From a virus (taxonomy: Duplodnaviria > Caudoviricetes), in IMG/VR virus record IMGVR_UViG_3300050821_004020, positions 9,302 to 73,301 of that record: a DNA stretch of 64,000 nucleotides; one strand, 5' to 3'. Shown piece after piece: positions 17,184 to 27,215 of the stretch (position 1 is its first letter; the number at the start of each line of letters is the position of its first letter). Position numbers and translations under genes: made by a program. The notes beneath the pieces are model-generated. The model saw nothing but the letters and a program-made list of their open reading frames with translations, ran no database searches and was not told the DNA's origin.

Positions 17184-19430
17184 TTACTTGTGGTAAAATG
17201 AGTCTTCAAACCCGTCCGATCCCAGAGGTAGCGTCAACGCCCAAGCTACTGGACGGTTCATAATTCGTTCCATCTGGGCCACGCCAGGCGCGAAAGGATC
17301 GTCATCCGTTAGGCAAATTCCCTCGTCGTGGACGTGTCCTACCGTTTCAAATCCAGCATCTTCAAATTCCAAAAGTTTATCCGCCAGCACATCCCTAGCA
17401 ATTGCTTGCACGATGTTCTCGAATATCTTTCCCCCGTGTGAAACGATCAAGGACCACTGTTTAGTGTCTTGATTCATTCCATAGTAAGTAAACCCCGGCT
17501 TCCAGACTTCTTCTTCCGTTACAGCTCCATCTTTGGTTACCTTGCGCATCCAAGGCATCTTCACATCTTGAACTGACGCGTCCAAATAGTGCAGGTAGCG
17601 ACCTGACGGCAACTTGATACGGAGCATTGCACGAACGGAATCATCACTACCAAAGGTCAGCTTATCTATCGTGATGGCTTCTTCAGGACCGATCTTGCGT
17701 ACAGTTCGCTCGCCTCTCAAAACATCTAGGACAGCGTCTTCCAATTGGTACCAGATGCCGCCGCCGAAGCCAGTGTCACGATCAGGTGATCCCCCGATCT
17801 CCTGGTACGCGTCACGAAAGATCTTCACGACCTCATGGGCCTGTTTCAGATCCATGTCCACGCCCATGCCCTCGGCGTATCCCCACAGGCCGGTCTTGAT
17901 CTTGTCTCCGTTCTTATCCGTGCCCCAGCCGCCTCCGCCCAGGCGGTAGACCGCGCCCAAAACGCCGGGCTTTGCGATTTGGCGGTGACGCTTAGCTTCC
18001 GCTTTGATCTTTGCGTCCTTGGACTTTATGTCCGAAGCCAACTTTTCATAGGGTATCCCCGTCATTTTGTTAGCAAAGTCCAGATACGGATCCCGGTTCA
18101 ACGCAAAGACTTGAAGCAGAGCATTACACTGTGCAACCCACGCGGCCACACGAGTTTCAATGGCGTTCAAATCACAAACATTAAAACGCTTTCCTTCTGG
18201 CGCAACGAACACGGTACGCAGAATATTCTTTGCGATAATTAAAGGCGAATACAGGGGATCTTCCCCAGGCATCATTCGCTTTGGATCTTTCTTGAACGAT
18301 GTCTTTAATAGCTCGTACTGATTGTTGTAAACGAACTGACGAGCTTGCTGCACGAGAGTTAAATCTTCAAAGACGCTGTCAGGACGCGCCATGTTATGAA
18401 GCTGGACAGCATTTCCAGCCCATCGTCCGCACCTGGGTGAGCCCATGTAAATGAACTGACCTTTTATACGATCATCCGCGCAAATGTTCTGCATGATGGC
18501 GTCCAGCTTCTTGTAGCTGGTTGAGCTTGCTTCCATTCGGTGATTGAGCACGGTACGGCAAAGATCCGAAAGTGGAATAGTCCTGTCAGCCTCCACCACA
18601 TCCGGCGCCTTTAGAATCAATTCAACGTTCTGTTTACGCAGATTGTTCAGCGGATAGCCACGCTCTCTTACCCATGGGAGTAGCTGCGGGCCAGAGTTCG
18701 CGTTCTCCAGACCGGTTAGCTTGTTCTGTTGCTCCAGCTTCTCTGCTTTATTCTTGGACGCAATGCCAAGCAGTAACTTGACGAAATTGCGGTCCACGGG
18801 CATGCCACGGTCATTGACCGTCTGATCAAACAGCCAGATAGCTCGTTCCCTAGGCGGTAACGGGAAGGCGCCCAGTAGCTCGAGCCGGCGAGCTACTTCT
18901 CGCTCCGCTACGATATCCTGCATGCAATAATTGCCCAGCTCAATCCACTCCTGTGGATGAGACTTTTCATCATTGAAATAGATCCCGCCGCCCTCTTTCT
19001 TCTTGCGCTTGTGCGGGTACGAGAACAGGTCCAGAAGCTTCTCACCGCGTTCGTCCTTACGCATGCTCTGTGGCAGGCCCAGGACACGGCCCACTTGATC
19101 CAAGTTTGCTGGCAGCGATAGGTATCTGGCACTGGCTTGCGGATCCTGGAATCTGGACGCCGGAATCTTAATGCCTAGTAAAATGTCTGTGGCTAGTCGT
19201 TCAAATGCTGAGTTGAAAGCGATAATTTCTACATCTGGATTATGTAACGCATCTAGAAGTTCCTTGGGCATTGGCATGCCAGGAAGCCACAGTTGCGGCA
19301 CGCCATTATTGATTGCCCAAGCGAGCATCAAAATGTGTGTCCTTGGATGAGCGAAGTAGTTATACAGACCGACTTCGGTCAGTTCCGCTTCGCTCGCCGT
19401 TTCATAATCTAAATGCAATTGGGTTTTCAT
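17184..19430 (-). CDS. DNA polymerase family A with 3'-5' exonuclease
   Basis: DYET exonuclease motif, CDLNAIE (motif A), RQIAK...LGAVY (motif B), HVHDE (motif C); start set by ATGA overlap. Confidence 0.95.
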   Translation of the reverse strand: MKTQLHLDYETASEAELTEVGLYNYFAHPRTHILMLAWAINNGVPQLWLPGMPMPKELLDALHNPDVEIIAFNSAFERLATDILLGIKIPASRFQDPQASARYLSLPANLDQVGRVLGLPQSMRKDERGEKLLDLFSYPHKRKKKEGGGIYFNDEKSHPQEWIELGNYCMQDIVAEREVARRLELLGAFPLPPRERAIWLFDQTVNDRGMPVDRNFVKLLLGIASKNKAEKLEQQNKLTGLENANSGPQLLPWVRERGYPLNNLRKQNVELILKAPDVVEADRTIPLSDLCRTVLNHRMEASSTSYKKLDAIMQNICADDRIKGQFIYMGSPRCGRWAGNAVQLHNMARPDSVFEDLTLVQQARQFVYNNQYELLKTSFKKDPKRMMPGEDPLYSPLIIAKNILRTVFVAPEGKRFNVCDLNAIETRVAAWVAQCNALLQVFALNRDPYLDFANKMTGIPYEKLASDIKSKDAKIKAEAKRHRQIAKPGVLGAVYRLGGGGWGTDKNGDKIKTGLWGYAEGMGVDMDLKQAHEVVKIFRDAYQEIGGSPDRDTGFGGGIWYQLEDAVLDVLRGERTVRKIGPEEAITIDKLTFGSDDSVRAMLRIKLPSGRYLHYLDASVQDVKMPWMRKVTKDGAVTEEEVWKPGFTYYGMNQDTKQWSLIVSHGGKIFENIVQAIARDVLADKLLEFEDAGFETVGHVHDEGICLTDDDPFAPGVAQMERIMNRPVAWALTLPLGSDGFEDSFYHK

Positions 19431-19807
19431 TTCGTTTTTCGCAATTGTTTTCTTCTGATAATCTCTTTCTTTAGCTGATGATTCATGCACAGAGTTTGAA
19501 ATCCTGGCGGAAAGCCTTGTTTTCTAAGTCTAAACATTCCCGTAACGCCTGTTTTCGAGCCGTGCTCTCTATCCTTCTTGCCGTTGTCATCAATATGATC
19601 CAACGTCAAACAATCGATATCGTTTACTTTACATCCTCGCCACGAGCAAAGCAGCTTCCCGCCCTTCCCGTAATGCGAAAGAGCCTGAACTTTGAGTCTA
19701 TCTCGCACACGATGATTAGACTGTCGTGATTCATGTAAGAAACGGGCGTATCTTTTGGGGCGGTTCTTTTTAAGATTCGCCCGCCATCGACGTCGATCAA
19801 AACTCAT
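19427..19807 (-). CDS. HNH endonuclease
   Basis: CSWRGC..LTLDHIDDNG...FQTLCMNH. Confidence 0.8.
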   Translation of the reverse strand: MSFDRRRWRANLKKNRPKRYARFLHESRQSNHRVRDRLKVQALSHYGKGGKLLCSWRGCKVNDIDCLTLDHIDDNGKKDREHGSKTGVTGMFRLRKQGFPPGFQTLCMNHQLKKEIIRRKQLRKTK

Positions 19808-20127
19808 GCGTGGTCTTTTAATTCTCCCATTACCTTTCTAGCTGAAAGCTTATCTAGGTTAAACTGTCCTACTTCTTCGAGGCTATAGCCCAGCTCTCTC
19901 ACAAATGCTGCAAGATACCAAAGCACGTCTCCTGCCTCGTCCATCAACATTGCTTTTTCTTGGGGCCCTAGAGCCAGCCCCTTGCGGAGAATCTTCTTAT
20001 ACTTATTTGCAATCTCCCCAGCTTCACCGAGCATTCCGAATAGAGTATATTCAACTGCCTCTTTATCGGTACGATTCGGATAGACTGCTGTTCCAAACGA
20101 CCGTGTTTGATAATAATTTAACTCCAT
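19804..20127 (-). CDS. MazG-like nucleotide pyrophosphohydrolase
   Basis: GMLGEAGEIANKYKK...DEAGDVLWY. Confidence 0.9.
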   Translation of the reverse strand: MELNYYQTRSFGTAVYPNRTDKEAVEYTLFGMLGEAGEIANKYKKILRKGLALGPQEKAMLMDEAGDVLWYLAAFVRELGYSLEEVGQFNLDKLSARKVMGELKDHA

Positions 20128-22175
20128 TATTCCTCCAGTGGTATTCTCGTAATAACTTCTTTTGGACTTCCAGACTCACCGTCCCCAAATTCGAGGATGA
20201 TGCCTGCCTTCTTCAAACCGTCATAAATCCTGTACCACCCGTCCGTGCCGTATCTGGAACTATTCATAGCTCGCTCCATCTCTCGAACTTTCGCGCGGCC
20301 TTTGTATTTACGCTCTAGAAGACGGCGATACTTGATCTGGGCCGCTGCGATCTTGCTGTCCGCTTCCGGCGAGCCCAGATACTTCTTGACGTCCTTCTCA
20401 TACTTAGCAACAGCTAGACCCCGATCAACGCACTCTTCATCAATGCTGTCCCGGCCTAGGTCCACGGCAAAGTACATTGCCCACTTTTCTGCGCGGATCT
20501 CGGTACGGTTGCCTAACTCCCCCACCTTCATCTCCAAGGGCACGGGATCGTCAATTGCGTAAGTCTTCTGGTTCACCGCCTTTTCCATTCTCTTTGACGT
20601 CAGAACGGAGCCTTCCACCGTGTTGACGCTTAGCTGCGGCGTCAGCTTGGACATCTCGCTTGGCTGTATGACAAAGATGAACCGATCATCTAGACCTGTA
20701 GTCTTTCCCGTCAGGGAAGCCCACTGATCCTCATACGCTTCATTGGTCGTGCAGGCGATCAATGACGCGCAATAACTGTTAGGCTCGAGCGCATAATGTT
20801 CCTTCTTGGCCTTAACGGTGTTGGAGAACTTCCCGCTCTCATACATAGTCAATAGTGCGGATCTAAGACTGCTTGAATCAATGTTGGCCTTGCTGATCAG
20901 CTGGCTTAATTCGTCATAGAAGAGAACGGCGTTCTTGCAATTCGTCCGGCCCATCTCCATGCCAAGGCCTTCAGGCGAGCCGGCGGTCCATACTAAGCTC
21001 TTGCCTGCGGCCATGCCGTTGGCGACAGCCGCGTGCTTCATGACATTGCAAACGCTCAGGTACTCGATGCCGTCCTCAACGGAGGAAGACTTAATGGCGC
21101 GGCCCTTTTCTCCGATGAGCACCATGTAGATGGATGGGATCCGGTTACGATCCTCAATTACAACCTTGGTGCCTAGATAGTTCAACATCAGCGCAGCCGC
21201 TGGCAGGAACATGAAGTAGGGGATCCTGCTGTTTCTTTCGCAGACGGGCTTGACAAAGCCCTCATACAGGCTTGTACCCTGCATAACGTGCTCTGGGAAG
21301 ACTGGGTATATTAAACCTTGCTCTCTGCCTAGGTTAGGTTCCGGTGGTACAAAGACAGCTGACGTAGACGTAGTAGCTGCTGGGGAAGAAGAGATGTACA
21401 CGGCCTTGCTAGCTTGACCGACTTCGTATTTGCAAGCGGACGCGGCCTTCTTCTCGCACATATCCCGCCAGTCTTCGCCCTTGTCAATGCAGCGGTTTTC
21501 ACAGATCTCGTATAGGTTGTCCCGGATCTGGTTGTAGTTCATCCCAGCGTTGCGCAGCATGCACGCAATTCGGAATAACTCGGTGTCGTGGGATCCTCTG
21601 GGAATAGGCGGGCCGTCAGGGCTCGCATTGATCTTCTTTTTCTCTAGGCTTGCTTCTTTAACGCACCATTGCACAAGCCAATCCGGCGCAGGGACTATCT
21701 CCGCAGGATTTAAGAGTTCGTATTGTCTGCCTGATGTGGGGTGAAAACTACCGGGAGCTACAACGTAGCGGTGATCAACGCGAGCGGACCATGCTTCATG
21801 GCCCTCGTCGTCCTTGCCCTGGGCATTGCCCATGGCGATGCTGGCGGGTGTCTGTCTAAAATAGAAGTGACCGCGTCCTGGGGAACTGCGCACGGTAAAT
21901 GTTACTGGAAACTTCTGTCCTGTTTGCTTCTCAATCTCGTTATGAAAATTGGGCTTGTCAACTTCAAAGAACCAAAAGCCGCCCAGCTTGGGAAACGCCA
22001 CACATGCGGCATTCGCATTTGGCATTTCCTTATCCCACTCCGCGATCTTATCCGGGTTGACAGACGCGATATCCGGCCAATTATGTTGGAACGCGATCTT
22101 CGTTTTCTCGCGTAATTGGATTACGGGTATACCACGACTGATCAACGGCTCCGCTATTGTCTTGAATAGGCCCAT
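20127..22175 (-). CDS. bifunctional primase-polymerase fused to a helicase-like (DUF3987-type) domain
   Basis: N-terminal prim-pol motifs (GRGHFYF, YVVAPGSFH), PriCT-like region, C-terminal P-loop-like GEKGRAIKSS and YDEL. Confidence 0.8.
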   Translation of the reverse strand: MGLFKTIAEPLISRGIPVIQLREKTKIAFQHNWPDIASVNPDKIAEWDKEMPNANAACVAFPKLGGFWFFEVDKPNFHNEIEKQTGQKFPVTFTVRSSPGRGHFYFRQTPASIAMGNAQGKDDEGHEAWSARVDHRYVVAPGSFHPTSGRQYELLNPAEIVPAPDWLVQWCVKEASLEKKKINASPDGPPIPRGSHDTELFRIACMLRNAGMNYNQIRDNLYEICENRCIDKGEDWRDMCEKKAASACKYEVGQASKAVYISSSPAATTSTSAVFVPPEPNLGREQGLIYPVFPEHVMQGTSLYEGFVKPVCERNSRIPYFMFLPAAALMLNYLGTKVVIEDRNRIPSIYMVLIGEKGRAIKSSSVEDGIEYLSVCNVMKHAAVANGMAAGKSLVWTAGSPEGLGMEMGRTNCKNAVLFYDELSQLISKANIDSSSLRSALLTMYESGKFSNTVKAKKEHYALEPNSYCASLIACTTNEAYEDQWASLTGKTTGLDDRFIFVIQPSEMSKLTPQLSVNTVEGSVLTSKRMEKAVNQKTYAIDDPVPLEMKVGELGNRTEIRAEKWAMYFAVDLGRDSIDEECVDRGLAVAKYEKDVKKYLGSPEADSKIAAAQIKYRRLLERKYKGRAKVREMERAMNSSRYGTDGWYRIYDGLKKAGIILEFGDGESGSPKEVITRIPLEE

Positions 22176-22251
22176 TGATCCTCAAACGCGCTAAAATTGT
22201 ACCGGTCTCTCCCGGTAGCCACGCCTGTTCTCGTCGGCGTTCACGTTCTGG

Positions 22252-22905
22252 TTAAAACTTTACGTCGGCACCTTGTGCCGTAGGCGGCTGATAGAACCCT
22301 GCCGCTGGGGGCTGTGTCTGTTGTGCCCGCTGCCATGCTAGGAACTTCTCCATCTCAGCGTTATTCGGCTGCGGTGGCACGGTGGCTGGTGCCGTGTACA
22401 CTGACGGTGGCGCCGGTGGAAATGCATATGTCTGGACGGGCTGGCCCTGGGGCCCTGCCTGCGTCTTCGCCTTGTTCTTATAGCGAACGAAGTCCGTTGG
22501 GACTGGCACCGCTACGCCTGGATCACCTGGGAGGATTCCCATGATGTTGGCGTAGATCTTGTCCTGAACCGTGTTCCTTACAACGAACAGCTTCCGGGTA
22601 ATCCCGACTAGCGTCTCCAAATCCAACTTCACCGGGGGAGCCGTGCCAAGAATCATCTGTAGGTGCTTATACAGAGTTGCCTTCTCGTGTAGGCTCAACG
22701 TATAGCGCTGAGTTACCCAGAGCGGCTTCCCGTCCTGTCCTTTCGCATCTAGAATCCAAACAAAGCGTACTTTTGGTTGCGTCTTAGTCTCGCCCTTAAA
22801 GGTCGAAGTAACAAGTCCCAAATCAACTACGTCTGCTAGGACCGCGTTATACTGACCATTCTCTGGCTTCTCGAAATTACCACCCGCTTCTGCTATTAAT
22901 GACAT
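22252..22905 (-). CDS. putative ssDNA-binding/replication protein
   Basis: N-terminal OB-like beta domain (VVDLG..TFKGETK..RFVWIL), low-complexity tail, replication cluster. Confidence 0.55.
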   Translation of the reverse strand: MSLIAEAGGNFEKPENGQYNAVLADVVDLGLVTSTFKGETKTQPKVRFVWILDAKGQDGKPLWVTQRYTLSLHEKATLYKHLQMILGTAPPVKLDLETLVGITRKLFVVRNTVQDKIYANIMGILPGDPGVAVPVPTDFVRYKNKAKTQAGPQGQPVQTYAFPPAPPSVYTAPATVPPQPNNAEMEKFLAWQRAQQTQPPAAGFYQPPTAQGADVKF

Positions 22906-22915
22906 TCCTTTCTCC

Positions 22916-23440
22916 TTATTCTTTCACAAGGAAAATATCCTCTTCCCTGAGTACTACGTAATTCTCCAGCGCTATCTTTACTTCTGCTCCGGAAAACTTT
23001 CCAAACACGACGCGCTCTCCTGGCTCCACTGTGGGAGGCTGGCGTATGCCGTTCTCGAACTTTCCTGGACCCACTGCTACAACGATCCCTTCAGCGGGCT
23101 TCTCTTTGCTCTCGTCAGCTAGATAAAGTCCCGTGATGGTCTTGTCCTCTGCTTCCGCACGTCTAACAATGATGCGATCTGAGATAGCGCGGAACTTAAC
23201 ACCTGTATCAGTTAACGCGGATCCTCCTGATTTAGCTTCGTCCTGCAAACGCTGCAGCTCTAGTTCCGCTGCCTGGCGCTCTTCGTCTGACATCACGTTG
23301 AGCTTGCGTGATTCACCGCCGAATGCTTCGTTGAACTTCTCATCTGTGACATCAGCGGGTTGAAATTGCGCTTTAACCCCGCCCTTTGCCAGCTTATCTC
23401 CGCCACCTAGTGACATTAGTCTTTTCTCCTTTGCTGCCAT
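22916..23440 (-). CDS. groES: co-chaperonin GroES with N-terminal extension
   Basis: ISDRIIVRR..KTITGLYL..KEKP..GIVVAVGPG..VVFGKFSGAEVK..REEDI. Confidence 0.9.
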   Translation of the reverse strand: MAAKEKRLMSLGGGDKLAKGGVKAQFQPADVTDEKFNEAFGGESRKLNVMSDEERQAAELELQRLQDEAKSGGSALTDTGVKFRAISDRIIVRRAEAEDKTITGLYLADESKEKPAEGIVVAVGPGKFENGIRQPPTVEPGERVVFGKFSGAEVKIALENYVVLREEDIFLVKE

Positions 23441-23949
23441 TCGTAGAAATCGAACACTGTTTGAAACACCTTTCGCTTAGTAGACGTGTATCGCCAAGCT
23501 ACTTTGTATTTTCTACCTGCTCGATACTCTAAGATCGCTCTAGCCCACTGTGTGGCACGAAGATAATCGTTTACGGTCTTTTCTTCTAGACCCTCATTTC
23601 TCCAATCAGGCCAGCCGCCGCCTTTTGTTAGTTTCTCTAAAAGATCATTCGGTATCTCAATGTCCGAGATAAGCTGTCGAATGTCGTACTTGGCCGACAA
23701 CCCCGCTAGAGTAAGAAATTTCTTCAGTTGGGCTCTTGCACTTCCCGCTGCCGCTTTTTCAGGATTGTTATGAACCCAAAGTTTCTTGACTTCGGGATGG
23801 CTTCTATACCATGCAATTGCTTTAGCATTTGCGGCCTGTGCGTGGTCTTTGTACCATTGCTTATTTCGTTGTTTTTGCCGCAAAATCCCGCAGGCCTTGC
23901 ATCTTTGCGCCCATCGTTTTAGCTTTCTTCCGCAATCAATACAGTTCAT
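23416..23949 (-). CDS. hypothetical protein with N-terminal Zn finger
   Basis: CIDCG..RCKAC. Confidence 0.6.
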   Translation of the reverse strand: MNCIDCGRKLKRWAQRCKACGILRQKQRNKQWYKDHAQAANAKAIAWYRSHPEVKKLWVHNNPEKAAAGSARAQLKKFLTLAGLSAKYDIRQLISDIEIPNDLLEKLTKGGGWPDWRNEGLEEKTVNDYLRATQWARAILEYRAGRKYKVAWRYTSTKRKVFQTVFDFYEWQQRRKD

Positions 23950-24674
23950 CAGTTGTCCAATTCTTCGGGGATTAAATCCTTTTCGATAGTAATTTTAAAT
24001 GGCGCCTGCTCGATTATCGCTGCTACATCCTGATCCTTAACGGGCTTCCACCATATTTTATTATTGCCGTTCCACCTAAATTTCCACGGTGCTTGCTTAA
24101 CGATGTCGTTTTCGTTGCGCCCCTGATGGCTCCTTAAAACAACTACGGAAGACCTTGCCCGGGCCAGAAGTAGATCGGGGTCGTACTTGTTGGCTATTGC
24201 GAGTACGGTCTGTGCGTCCGCCAGGGCTGAGTGCGGAAACAAGTTCAAGATGCCGTGATCCGCTGCAACGTAGGACAGCTTAGTTACCGGAACTTGCCAT
24301 GGTAGATCCGCGTAAAGATCGATCCAATACCTCGGCGGCAGCGTGCGTCCTGCTCGAGCGGCCCAGGAGTTAAGGATCCTTTGATCGAACCGCCGGCAGT
24401 TGTATCCGATTACTGCGTCAGCGGGCTCCATCATTTCAATGATGATGTTCAAGACGTCGTCTGATTCATATCCAAATTTTTCTATAGCGGCTGGATGGAT
24501 TCCCGTGATGGATGTAATCTGGGGCGAGATTGGGCGATCACTCTTTACCAGCATACCTTGGTTGTCCAGGCATTTATGCTGGGTCGTAGAGTACAGTACC
24601 GCCCCAAATTCGATTACGTGGTCGTTGTCCGTGTCTAAGCCAGTAGTCTCAACGTCGAAAGAAATGAGTAGCAT
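23949..24674 (-). CDS. DEDDh 3'-5' exonuclease (DnaQ-like)
   Basis: FDVETTGLD, GYNCRRFD, HSALADA. Confidence 0.9.
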   Translation of the reverse strand: MLLISFDVETTGLDTDNDHVIEFGAVLYSTTQHKCLDNQGMLVKSDRPISPQITSITGIHPAAIEKFGYESDDVLNIIIEMMEPADAVIGYNCRRFDQRILNSWAARAGRTLPPRYWIDLYADLPWQVPVTKLSYVAADHGILNLFPHSALADAQTVLAIANKYDPDLLLARARSSVVVLRSHQGRNENDIVKQAPWKFRWNGNNKIWWKPVKDQDVAAIIEQAPFKITIEKDLIPEELDN

Positions 24675-25039
24675 TAGTTTATCGGCTCTTTCACGGGAGG
24701 CGCATCCTCTGTCGGGACGATAAGATCTTGTGGATTACGCTCTAGGGGGTCCACGAGTAGCTTCACATCCACAGTCAACGAAGTAAGCATATGCCAGGGG
24801 ACAAAAAATCGTTTATCAAAAGTAACCATGTTCTGGTCAACGATTGCATCCGGATCCTTCATCGCCACGAGGCCTGCACTAGTGACTAAGTCAACGAACT
24901 TCCTGTTGACTAGTTGCTTTAAGTGTTCCGTTCCCTGAACGTTATAAAGCAGATCAACCACGGAGATCTCTTCAGGGAATCCATCCGGACGCTTGAAGCG
25001 GTCCACCGGGGCTGTGAATTTCACAAAGTAATTAGACAT
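24674..25039 (-). CDS. hypothetical protein
   Basis: SD GAGGA before MSNYF. Confidence 0.65.
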   Translation of the reverse strand: MSNYFVKFTAPVDRFKRPDGFPEEISVVDLLYNVQGTEHLKQLVNRKFVDLVTSAGLVAMKDPDAIVDQNMVTFDKRFFVPWHMLTSLTVDVKLLVDPLERNPQDLIVPTEDAPPVKEPIN

Positions 25040-25319
25040 CCTCGTCCTCTCGCGCCAATGAAGGTAATTCTTCCGTGGGCCCAAGCATGATTTCCAACGA
25101 GCCCTTTGGAAGAAGTGTGTGGGCACTCTGCGCTACGTTGTACTGCGTTACTATGACGTTCACTGCGTTGAAGTTTTTAATCGTCAAGACCCGCAGTCTC
25201 TCTGAGTTGTTAGCGGGGTTAGGTAAGATCTGAACGCGTACCTCAACGCCTACGCGAGAGCACAGATCGTTGAATTCGCTGGAGACGAGAGACTTGCCGT
25301 GCGGGCCGTTATAGAGCAT
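25032..25319 (-). CDS. hypothetical protein
   Basis: ORF track; operon packing. Confidence 0.55.
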   Translation of the reverse strand: MLYNGPHGKSLVSSEFNDLCSRVGVEVRVQILPNPANNSERLRVLTIKNFNAVNVIVTQYNVAQSAHTLLPKGSLEIMLGPTEELPSLAREDEDV

Positions 25320-25666
25320 TATCCCGTCACTTGAATCTGGCCGTGGCCGGACTTCATTGCCTCAGTTGCCTGCCGTGCGCGTTCCTGGGCCTGCGCTAGC
25401 AGTGTTGCCTGAGCTGGGCTCACACCCTCAGTGACGATCTTCTTTTGATTGTGATTGCCTGTGGCTGCGCCTTTGATCTCGCACTCATCAGAGCAATAGC
25501 CGAACTTCTCGCCCTTGATGGTCTGGACAAAACGCATGCAATTTAGCCACGGGTTGTCCTGAATCGCTTCCTTCTCTGCTTCTGGCGTCTGCGGGAACGT
25601 CACCGTCTTACCGCACTCCGCTGCATCACACCCAATTGTTACGAAGCTGCTAACGACTGTTGCCAT
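25319..25666 (-). CDS. hypothetical Zn-binding protein
   Basis: CDAAEC...CSDEC. Confidence 0.65.
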   Translation of the reverse strand: MATVVSSFVTIGCDAAECGKTVTFPQTPEAEKEAIQDNPWLNCMRFVQTIKGEKFGYCSDECEIKGAATGNHNQKKIVTEGVSPAQATLLAQAQERARQATEAMKSGHGQIQVTG

Positions 25667-26235
25667 TAAATTATTCTCCTTGTGTACAAGTCTTGGAATC
25701 TATTCAAGAACAACTTCTCTGCTATCTCTGGATACATCTTTTCAATTACTATGCTGGACGATCCTAAGTTCTCCGCACCCTGACCGCCCGTCCAATCCAC
25801 ATCCCATTCAACGAGCGTCATCAGCTGGCCTTTTTCGGTGTACAGCATTTGGTTATCCGCACGATGCACGGAAGCTGCCTCGACTTCGGATACGCCGAAT
25901 GCGTTGTAAATCAACTTCTGCAGGGGCTTCTCGACTCTACGGTATGCCTCTCCTGCCTCCGTGTAGTGCTTCAAAGGCCTGTTCATATCTGCGATGTAGG
26001 CCTCAGATGCATCATGCAGAAGACGTTGTAGCGCGTCTTCCTTCGGACCTAGCAGACTGCAATAGTAACTGTGCTGGGCGACGGAGTAATGATACTTACA
26101 GTGGCCGGTCCACCTGCATTGCATGGATAGGCTGTGCGCGATGTCAATGATATCTACGTCTTCCATCCTAGGCTCTAGAAGGTAGAACCGCTTACCCGTA
26201 AATGTTTCAATCCACGCTAGTTTTGAATCACTCAT
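25666..26235 (-). CDS. HD-domain 5'-deoxynucleotidase (YfbR-like)
   Basis: DIAHSLS..R..GH..YSVAQHS..LLHDASEAY..D. Confidence 0.9.
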   Translation of the reverse strand: MSDSKLAWIETFTGKRFYLLEPRMEDVDIIDIAHSLSMQCRWTGHCKYHYSVAQHSYYCSLLGPKEDALQRLLHDASEAYIADMNRPLKHYTEAGEAYRRVEKPLQKLIYNAFGVSEVEAASVHRADNQMLYTEKGQLMTLVEWDVDWTGGQGAENLGSSSIVIEKMYPEIAEKLFLNRFQDLYTRRII

Positions 26236-26507
26236 TTTACTGTTAGTCCTTGACGGATACTCGTGAGTACTCCACATGTAGGACAGAACACAGTTACTCG
26301 CTCAGAATTCAAATCCATTACATTCCACTGATGGGCCTTAATGCATGTCATCACGCCGTTTAAAACTGGCTTGGATCTGTGCGCTTTCTTAGGGCCCCTG
26401 GGCCTAGTCTCTTCTTTCTCTGCTGTAGCGGAGGGGCCGATCTTCTGCGCCCCTCTGCCCACAACTTCGCCGCGCTTCCCCATTTTTAACGGCTTTTTCT
26501 CAGTCAT
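26232..26507 (-). CDS. hypothetical basic protein
   Basis: ATGA overlaps on both sides. Confidence 0.6.
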   Translation of the reverse strand: MTEKKPLKMGKRGEVVGRGAQKIGPSATAEKEETRPRGPKKAHRSKPVLNGVMTCIKAHQWNVMDLNSERVTVFCPTCGVLTSIRQGLTVK

Positions 26508-27211
26508 TTCTTTAGGTTCCTCAAATATTCCGTTAATGTAATGGCTTGCTCTCCCGTCAGTGCTGCGTGTCCTTCCGGCGTTGTAATCCGAAAGTTCCAA
26601 TTCCACGCGTCTAATGCAGTCTCTGACGGGTGATCCGCTGAGCGACTAGGATCAACGAACGGCGAGCCCTCTCTATCCAGGCGCGTCACCTTGATCGTGT
26701 AACCACCGCGACCTTCCACTGATTCCGCTTCATTGGGAAACCTAACGTCCGTGATCATTGCGATGTCCAGGCCGGCGGGAATGCTAGAGAACATGCGCTT
26801 GACCCAGTAGTCTTGCCCGAAATTGTTCCTACGAAAGTCCGTTCCCCACCACTGTAGGAGCTTCGGGTGCTTGCCGTATGGTGCTAGATCGCTAACTTCA
26901 GGATTTGGATCAGGTGTAACCCAATCCGGAATAGTGAGAGCTTCAGTATATGTAATCCAATCGCCGGGGCCTTTTGTTGAAGTTCCTGCTCTCCCTGGTA
27001 CAGCTAAGCCTGCCCAATTCGATTTTGAACTTCGCAAAAATTCGTTCACTTCAGTGTAGAGTGCGGTTGCAAATTTGAAGATGCCCGTCTTAATTGGCGG
27101 AAATCCGGAGTAGACTCTGTACTTGTTGCCCTCGTTGTAGAAATTCTGGATCGCGTGCGCGGCAGAATCCTTCCCGTGGCGGGCTTTATGTCCGAATCCG
27201 AGTAATAGCAT
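26504..27211 (-). CDS. deoxynucleoside monophosphate kinase
   Basis: GFGHKARHGKD, LQWWGTD, ITDVRFPNE, HPSE. Confidence 0.9.
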   Translation of the reverse strand: MLLLGFGHKARHGKDSAAHAIQNFYNEGNKYRVYSGFPPIKTGIFKFATALYTEVNEFLRSSKSNWAGLAVPGRAGTSTKGPGDWITYTEALTIPDWVTPDPNPEVSDLAPYGKHPKLLQWWGTDFRRNNFGQDYWVKRMFSSIPAGLDIAMITDVRFPNEAESVEGRGGYTIKVTRLDREGSPFVDPSRSADHPSETALDAWNWNFRITTPEGHAALTGEQAITLTEYLRNLKK

Positions 27212-27215
27212 TCAC

